The translations under genes were made by a program, and so were the position numbers. The notes beneath the pieces are model-generated. The model saw only the letters and a program-made list of their open reading frames with translations, did no database searches and was not told where the DNA came from. This document shows, in pieces, positions 58,532-64,000 of a stretch of 64,000 bases of DNA; within the stretch, counting starts at the first letter, position 1; every line of letters starts with the position of its first letter. The stretch comes from Candidatus Omnitrophota bacterium (GTDB lineage: Bacteria; Omnitrophota; Gorgyraeia; Zapsychrales; JBAZNR01). The stretch lies in the NCBI GenBank assembly GCA_041649175.1, contig JBAZNR010000001.1, forward strand, positions 655,497-719,496, given 5' to 3'.

Positions 58532-61432
58532 ATGAAATTCAAATTTGATGCCAATCAGCAATATCAGTTAGACGCTGTAACCGCGGTGGTTGAGCTCTTT
58601 AAAGGGCAGCGTGAAAACCGTGGAGCTTACGAGATCAGCTTTCGCAAAGATACCCAATTTATGGGTCAATCGATGACGCAAACAACTCTTGGCTTGGGGA
58701 ACAATTTGGATATTGATGACAATATTCTGCAAGATAACCTCGTTTTAACTCAAAAAAATAACAGCATTTTTCAAGAAACCTCTGTTCATTCTCGAGGGCG
58801 TAATTTTTCTGTAGAAATGGAAACAGGAACGGGCAAGACTTACGTTTATTTAAGAACGCTTTTTGAGTTGAACAAGGTTTATGGTTTTAAGAAATTTATT
58901 ATCGTTGTGCCGTCGGTGGCGATTCGAGAGGGAGTTGTAACATCAATTAAGCAAATGGAAACTCATTTCAAGGAATTATATAACAATGTGTCATTTGACA
59001 GATTTCTTTACGATTCCAAAGATGTGGCCAAGCTTCGCGGATTTGCTACGAGCAATGAAATGCAGCTGATGATTATCAACATCGATTCATTTAACAAAAA
59101 ATCTATCAACATCATTTATGACTATCGCGACCAGATGAGCGGCTATAAGCCGATTGAATTTGTGCAGGCAACGAATCCGATTGTTGTGATGGATGAGCCG
59201 CAGAATATGGAAAGCGATAAGGCTAAGGAAGCCATTGCCTCTTTGAATCCGTTATGTACTTTGCGTTATTCAGCGACCCACAGAGATAAGTACAATTTGA
59301 TTTATCAACTCGATCCGATTAAAGCCTTTCAAATGAGATTGGTTAAAAAGATTTCGGTTAATTCAGTAACAGCGGAGAGTGACCCCACGCAGACGTACGT
59401 GAAGGTGGAGGAAATCAAGAATCAAAGCGGTACGTTTAAGGTAAAACTTTCTTATTTTGAACAGACCAAAGAAGGTGTTCAAAAGAAAAATAAACAATTC
59501 AAACAGCACGACGATCTTTTTGTTGTTTCCAAAGAATATGAGCCGTACCGCAATGGGTTTGTCATTGATGAGATTAACGCGCGGCCGGGAATGGAATTTG
59601 TGCGCTTTGCCAATGGTATTCGTTTAGGTCTTGGAGAAGAACAGGGCGGCAATCGAGATGATGTTGTAAAGAAACAAATCAAGGAGACGATTAAAACCCA
59701 TTTTGAAAAGGAATATCAAGTCAGGGATACGGGTATTAAGGTTTTGTCTTTATTCTTTTTGGATCGGGTTGAGAATTATCGTGTTCATAAAAAGGATGGA
59801 TACGAACTTGGAAAATATGCTCAATGGTTTGAAGAAATTTATACCAAGTTGGCACAAGAATATCGGACGTTGTTTAAGCAGGACGTTGTAGCCGCCGATA
59901 AAGTTCACAACGGTTATTTTGCCAAGGATAAGAAGGGTGATTACAAGAACACTTCGGGTGACACAAAGGACGACGAAGATACTTATTCGTTGATCATGCA
60001 GGATAAGGAAAAGCTTTTGGATTTATCTAATCCGCTTAAATTTATATTCTCGCATTCGGCACTTCGGGAAGGCTGGGATAACCCCAATGTGTTTCAGATC
60101 TGTAATTTAAGGGAGATGGGGACCGTTACCGAACGCAGGCAAACAATAGGACGAGGACTGCGGCTGCCGGTTTCTGCGTTAACCGGTGAAAGAGTCCGTG
60201 ATGAATATGTGAACAATTTGGTTGTTATCTGTACAGAATCGTTCAAGGACTTTGTGGAAGGCTTACAGAAAGAATTGGAGGATGATTGCGGCGTTGTCTT
60301 TGGACGGTTGCCCATTGAGGCTTTTGTTGGGATTGATTTTCAGCAGTATGGCCTCGATAAGATTGATAAGGCATCTTCTGAGGAGATTTGGCGCCATCTT
60401 AAAAAGGATAAAGTGATCGCGGATGATGGATTAATTTTGTCAACTTTTAGAGAAAAGGTAGATGCGCACATTTTTTCAGTCCCGGAGAAATACAAAGAAG
60501 TCACGAATGATATTATTCGGGCAATTGAGCGGCATCAAATGGATAAACATATTGAGGATCATAATAAAAGAGTAAAGGTGAAGGTTAATGAAGAAGTTCT
60601 TTTAGATCCTGAATTTGAGAAGTTTTGGCGGGCGATCAATACAAAAACAATTTATTCCGTAAAATACTCGACCGATGAGCTTATTGAAAAAGTTGTGCAG
60701 GCAATCTCCAAAATGCCGCGTATTGAGCCGCTGAAATTAAGATCGATATTAGTTGGGCTTGATATTGCTCAAAGCGGGATAAAAGCTGTGATGGAGAAAA
60801 CTCCGGATATTGAGTACGCCAGCAGGGGAGTTTATTTGCCAGATATTTTATCCTATGTGCAAAGTAAGGTTGAACTAACGCGCAGTACAATTTTTCAAAT
60901 ATTAAAGAAGTCCGGCCGTTTAGATGAGTTTACTATCAATCCTCAGCAATTCATGGATTGTGTTGTTAAAGAAATCCGGGATGTTCTTCATCGAATGATC
61001 ATTGAAGGGATTCAGTATGAAAAACTAGATGAAATATCTTATGAGATGTCTTTATTCCGGGTTGACGAACACAAGATGATGTTTGCGCAGGACAAAATTG
61101 TCCCTACGCGCAAATCTGTTTATGACTATATTTTATGGGAATCTGGAGTTGAAAAACGATTTGCTGAAGGGTTAGAGGGTTTAAAGAACATCAAATATTT
61201 TATTAAATTGCCCGGGTGGTTTAAGATTGAAACCCCTATTGGCACTTATAATCCAGATTGGGCCATTCTTAAGGAAAACGGAAAAATTGTTTATATGATT
61301 CGAGAGACAAAGGCGACGAAGGAACAACTGAAATTGCGTCTCCCTGAAGTCGATAAAATTGAATGCGGCCGCCAGCACTTTCTTGCAATCGGGGTGGACT
61401 ACGCTGTGGCGACGAGTGTGGAAGAATTATGA
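58532..61432 (+). CDS. res: Type III restriction enzyme Res subunit (helicase-nuclease)
   Basis: Motif I METGTGKTYV. Motif II variant VVMDEPQN. Helicase C region. C-terminal PD-(D/E)xK candidate NPDWAIL...IVYMIRETKAT. Starts 2 nt after the mod stop. Confidence 0.8.
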   Translation: MKFKFDANQQYQLDAVTAVVELFKGQRENRGAYEISFRKDTQFMGQSMTQTTLGLGNNLDIDDNILQDNLVLTQKNNSIFQETSVHSRGRNFSVEMETGTGKTYVYLRTLFELNKVYGFKKFIIVVPSVAIREGVVTSIKQMETHFKELYNNVSFDRFLYDSKDVAKLRGFATSNEMQLMIINIDSFNKKSINIIYDYRDQMSGYKPIEFVQATNPIVVMDEPQNMESDKAKEAIASLNPLCTLRYSATHRDKYNLIYQLDPIKAFQMRLVKKISVNSVTAESDPTQTYVKVEEIKNQSGTFKVKLSYFEQTKEGVQKKNKQFKQHDDLFVVSKEYEPYRNGFVIDEINARPGMEFVRFANGIRLGLGEEQGGNRDDVVKKQIKETIKTHFEKEYQVRDTGIKVLSLFFLDRVENYRVHKKDGYELGKYAQWFEEIYTKLAQEYRTLFKQDVVAADKVHNGYFAKDKKGDYKNTSGDTKDDEDTYSLIMQDKEKLLDLSNPLKFIFSHSALREGWDNPNVFQICNLREMGTVTERRQTIGRGLRLPVSALTGERVRDEYVNNLVVICTESFKDFVEGLQKELEDDCGVVFGRLPIEAFVGIDFQQYGLDKIDKASSEEIWRHLKKDKVIADDGLILSTFREKVDAHIFSVPEKYKEVTNDIIRAIERHQMDKHIEDHNKRVKVKVNEEVLLDPEFEKFWRAINTKTIYSVKYSTDELIEKVVQAISKMPRIEPLKLRSILVGLDIAQSGIKAVMEKTPDIEYASRGVYLPDILSYVQSKVELTRSTIFQILKKSGRLDEFTINPQQFMDCVVKEIRDVLHRMIIEGIQYEKLDEISYEMSLFRVDEHKMMFAQDKIVPTRKSVYDYILWESGVEKRFAEGLEGLKNIKYFIKLPGWFKIETPIGTYNPDWAILKENGKIVYMIRETKATKEQLKLRLPEVDKIECGRQHFLAIGVDYAVATSVEEL

Positions 61433-61491
61433 TAAGAATGTCGGGACGATAAGACCGTTAATCCTATTTTAAAAGCGAGTTAATAAATATC

Positions 61492-62169
61492 ATGAGCGAT
61501 AAATATAAGGAATTATTTGATTTATCTTTGAGAATTTTGGAGGAAGAACAGCAACGAACGAATAGGCTTGATGAAAAAGCTTCCAAATATTTTAGCGTCC
61601 TATCTTTTTTGATTGGCATTTACGGTGTTTTTTGTTCACGGATTATTAGCGATTGCATTCCATTCAAAGGTTGGATGGATATCAGTTTAATAAGTTTGGG
61701 GTTTCTTAATCTTGCAGGATTAATTGTCTCTTGGTTCTTATGTTTTGCTGTCTTCAGACAACACGTTATTGTTAAGATTCCCTTGAACGATGAAATGATC
61801 AAGTTCTTTAATGACAATGAAGTGGTTGATATTCACTACACATTGTCAAAGGCCAATAAAGATGCGCTTGTGGAGAATCGGCTTATTACCGACAAGAAAT
61901 CTTATCTATTAGTGTGGACGTATAAAATACTTTCATGGGTATTTGTTTTAATGGTCGTTATGATGTTTGTTTTTGGGCTTAAAATATGGGCTACAAAAAA
62001 TCACTATAAGAGTGGAGGTGTTGTAATGACTGAGGGAAATAAACCTAAAGAGGAACCCAAGGAAGATCTTAAGCCGCCGATGTATGACCGTATTACAGAA
62101 GGTTATGATCCATCGAAGACAAGAAAGATCGAAAAAGGGGTTGTCGAAAAAGATAAGGAAAAGAAGTAG
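61492..62169 (+). CDS. membrane protein, unknown function (coiled-coil N-terminus, 3 TM, K/E-rich tail)
   Basis: 225 aa. Hydrophobic segments SVLSFLIGIYGVFC, ISLISLGFLNLAGLIVSWFLCFAVF and LLVWTYKILSWVFVLMVVMMFVFGL. Confidence 0.5.
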   Translation: MSDKYKELFDLSLRILEEEQQRTNRLDEKASKYFSVLSFLIGIYGVFCSRIISDCIPFKGWMDISLISLGFLNLAGLIVSWFLCFAVFRQHVIVKIPLNDEMIKFFNDNEVVDIHYTLSKANKDALVENRLITDKKSYLLVWTYKILSWVFVLMVVMMFVFGLKIWATKNHYKSGGVVMTEGNKPKEEPKEDLKPPMYDRITEGYDPSKTRKIEKGVVEKDKEKK

Positions 62170-62192
62170 AGGGCTATTCTCTCCAGAGAAAT

Positions 62193-62363
62193 ATGCCGGA
62201 TGACTTATTCGATGAGTTCATGGAATATGATTTCACGATGGGTGCGGACGTCGTGAAATGCCCGCATTGCGGGGCCGATGTGCTGTGCAGTTTGTTTTTC
62301 GATAACGAAGTCGAATGCCCGGAGTGTGGGAAGAAGTTTCGAAAGGAGGGGAAAGATTCATGA
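62193..62363 (+). CDS. 56-aa zinc-ribbon protein (CPHC-x17-CPEC)
   Basis: MPDDLFDEFMEYDFTMGADVVKCPHCGADVLCSLFFDNEVECPECGKKFRKEGKDS. Below the ORF-track cutoff. Its stop overlaps the next gene's ATG (ATGA). Confidence 0.45.
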   Translation: MPDDLFDEFMEYDFTMGADVVKCPHCGADVLCSLFFDNEVECPECGKKFRKEGKDS

Positions 62364-62845
62364 AAGATCTACTCGACAAGCTATCAACCTATAACCTGTT
62401 TAACTACCTTTTTCCCGGTGTTGTTTTTGTTGTTCTGGGCGAAGCGATAACTGATTACTCTTTTGCTCAGCAGGATGTTGTTTTAGGGTTCTTTTTGTAC
62501 TATTTCATTGGACTTGTGGTCAGCAGGGTTGGATCTCTTGTTGTCGAGCCACTGCTGAAATGGATATCATTTCTTAAATTTGTGGATTATAAAGATTATG
62601 TCGCCGCCACTAAGAAAGATGAAAGAGTCGAGCTTTTATCAGAAGTGAATAATACGTATCGTACATTATGTGCATGTTTTGGTTTGCTTGCTCTGCTTAA
62701 AGTGGTCGAAGTTTTGGGAAGGAAGTTTTCAATCCCTCAAGGATGGGAGCTTTTTATCCTCGTGTTTGCTTTGCTGGTTATTTTCTTGTTTTCGTACAAG
62801 AAGCAATCCGCCTATGTTAAGAAACGAGTAGAGGCTAACAAATAG
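62360..62845 (+). CDS. 4-TM membrane protein, unknown function
   Basis: 161 aa. The track ORF starts at 62315; the internal ATG at 62360 gives translational coupling to the zinc-ribbon ORF. Four hydrophobic helices. Confidence 0.5.
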   Translation: MKDLLDKLSTYNLFNYLFPGVVFVVLGEAITDYSFAQQDVVLGFFLYYFIGLVVSRVGSLVVEPLLKWISFLKFVDYKDYVAATKKDERVELLSEVNNTYRTLCACFGLLALLKVVEVLGRKFSIPQGWELFILVFALLVIFLFSYKKQSAYVKKRVEANK

Positions 62846-62865
62846 GATCAAATAGCGAGGTTATT

Positions 62866-63948
62866 ATGGCAAATAAAGCGAAATTCACTTTTTTCAATGT
62901 CGGTCAGGGCGATGCAACCTTGTTGGAGTTGCCATCGGGACAATATATGCTCATTGACAACAAGGGAGGAGGAAAAGTTGATGTACGAAAGTATTTAAAG
63001 ACTATTCTCCCCAAAAAGGACGATAAATATTTTTTGAATTATTTTATGCTAACGCATGCCCATGTGGATCATGTGGGGTCTGTTAATGAATTGTTTGATG
63101 ATTTTGAAATAGGGGAAATTTGGTATACAGGGTTTGAATTTAAGAAGAAGGAAGAAAAAGATTTGCCCGAGCAGTATAAGCAGTTTTTAAAGAAAATTAA
63201 GGAGCGCGAGAAAAAGTATTCGGATAAGGATATCGCCGTAGAGAATGATTTGATTAATTTGCAGATAGGTGATGTCAAATTTGAATTCATGGCGCCTCCA
63301 ACGCGTGAGGTATGGGATAAGCTTAAAGAGTCAAAAGAAATTAAATCTTATTTGCAGAGGTTAGAAGAAAGTGTTGAAGAGAGTGCCAAAAAATCACTAT
63401 CTGATCTTATTCATGTGGGTTCAATTATTTGTCGAATAACCTACATGAATTCAAGTGTTTTGATTACGGGGGACGGGGAGTTATTGACGTGGAAGTATTG
63501 GATTATGCCGAAGTTTTCGCGCAGTTGCTTTTCGAAATTGCTCCATGCGTCCCATCATGGTTCAAAAGGATTTTTTATCTCTCAGTTTGATTGTGCTAAA
63601 GATGAAACTTTTGATGAAAATACCGATGGGTGCTATACCGATGGCTTGCTGTCAATCTCCCCATCAATTGTTGTTGTGACAAATAAGACTAAACCCGGAG
63701 ATAAAGATCACGAGAGCCCGCCCAATGAATATGCATTGAAACTTTATGCATCGTTCAAGAATGTGAACAGAACTCTTAAGTTTACGAGTGACGGTTCTAT
63801 CCAATATGTTATTCCGGATGAGCAGATTAGTGCATTAAATATTGATTCTGATAAAAGGTTTGCGGTGGACTCTTCGTCGGAAAAAGCTTCTACAACTTTT
63901 GAGAAACCGAGAAGCCCGGCCGTACTATTCCCCAATCGATTCGGATAG
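62866..63948 (+). CDS. standalone ComEC-type metallo-beta-lactamase-fold hydrolase (putative nuclease) with about 150-aa C-terminal extension
   Basis: FTFFNVGQGDATLLELP (ComEC-MBL signature) and HAHVDHVGS (HxHxDH). Further His/Asp motifs (LHASHHGSK). No TM segments. Confidence 0.7.
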   Translation: MANKAKFTFFNVGQGDATLLELPSGQYMLIDNKGGGKVDVRKYLKTILPKKDDKYFLNYFMLTHAHVDHVGSVNELFDDFEIGEIWYTGFEFKKKEEKDLPEQYKQFLKKIKEREKKYSDKDIAVENDLINLQIGDVKFEFMAPPTREVWDKLKESKEIKSYLQRLEESVEESAKKSLSDLIHVGSIICRITYMNSSVLITGDGELLTWKYWIMPKFSRSCFSKLLHASHHGSKGFFISQFDCAKDETFDENTDGCYTDGLLSISPSIVVVTNKTKPGDKDHESPPNEYALKLYASFKNVNRTLKFTSDGSIQYVIPDEQISALNIDSDKRFAVDSSSEKASTTFEKPRSPAVLFPNRFG

Positions 63949-63952
63949 AAAT

Positions 63953-64000
63953 ATGTTTAGCAAAGAGGAACAAGATGCGATTGAAGAATTTTTTAAAGGG
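63953..64000 (+). CDS. hypothetical protein, 3'-truncated at window end
   Basis: ATG at 63953 five nt after the MBL gene stop. MFSKEEQDAIEEFFKG... runs off the window. Confidence 0.3.
   Translation, partial: MFSKEEQDAIEEFFKG

Larger units (their letters stand above)
46878..64000 (+). mobile_element. integrative P4-like/satellite-like element inserted downstream of tRNA-fMet; carries a defence-type cargo; truncated by the window end
   Basis: A contiguous co-directional block immediately 3' of a tRNA: regulator, SpoVG-like, prim-pol/D5 primase-helicase with iterons, AlpA-type excisionase, tyrosine integrase, XRE HTH, then radC/SNF2/Type III RM and unknown genes. Confidence 0.65.

Noticed and set aside
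58532-61432. Res-like protein as DISARM DrmA
   Set aside because: No DUF1998-like CxxC...CxxC region. The C-terminus instead carries a PD-(D/E)xK-like motif typical of Type III Res.
62315-62359. Upstream ATG (62315) as start of the 4-TM protein
   Set aside because: It would overlap the zinc-ribbon ORF by 49 nt in another frame. The ATG at 62360 gives a classic ATGA coupling and starts at the first hydrophobic segment context.

Overview
This window is a contiguous bacterial chromosomal segment of about 42% GC (estimated by eye), probably from a Gram-negative-type lineage, given lnt, lptE, lpxL-like, murJ and a BamD-like gene. Positions 1-46.9 kb are ordinary core genome. They hold a CDP-3,6-dideoxyhexose-type sugar cluster (rfbF-rfbG-rfbH/ddhC-SDR-cupin-GT2), and then yifB/comM, accA, rlmN, leuS, an HD-GYP protein, comEA, comEC, lptE-holA, rpsT, murJ, a short uvrC, an MGMT-like gene, pilT, prfB with its programmed +1 frameshift, secA, lnt, an H+/Na+ pyrophosphatase, a TPR membrane protein, an MFS transporter, purN, an ftsH-like gene, eno and ftsB. 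The core also carries tRNA-Leu(CAA), tRNA-Ala(GGC), tRNA-Phe(GAA), tRNA-Thr(CGT) and an initiator-type tRNA-Met(CAT). Directly downstream of tRNA-fMet (46.9 kb to the window end) lies an integrative, P4-like or satellite-like mobile element that is cut off by the window edge. It encodes a putative regulator, a SpoVG-like protein, a prim-pol/D5-type primase-helicase followed by an iteron-like repeat field, an AlpA-type excisionase, a tyrosine integrase and an XRE-type HTH protein. Its cargo looks like a defence island. The first part is a tightly coupled radC-SNF2 helicase-Type III Mod-Type III Res operon. After it comes an unexplained module: a 3-TM protein, a 56-aa zinc ribbon, a 4-TM protein, a standalone ComEC-type metallo-beta-lactamase-fold hydrolase, and a further ORF running off the window. 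That downstream module, together with the SNF2/Type III hybrid operon, is my best candidate for a previously undescribed system. No CRISPR array and no rRNA genes were seen.
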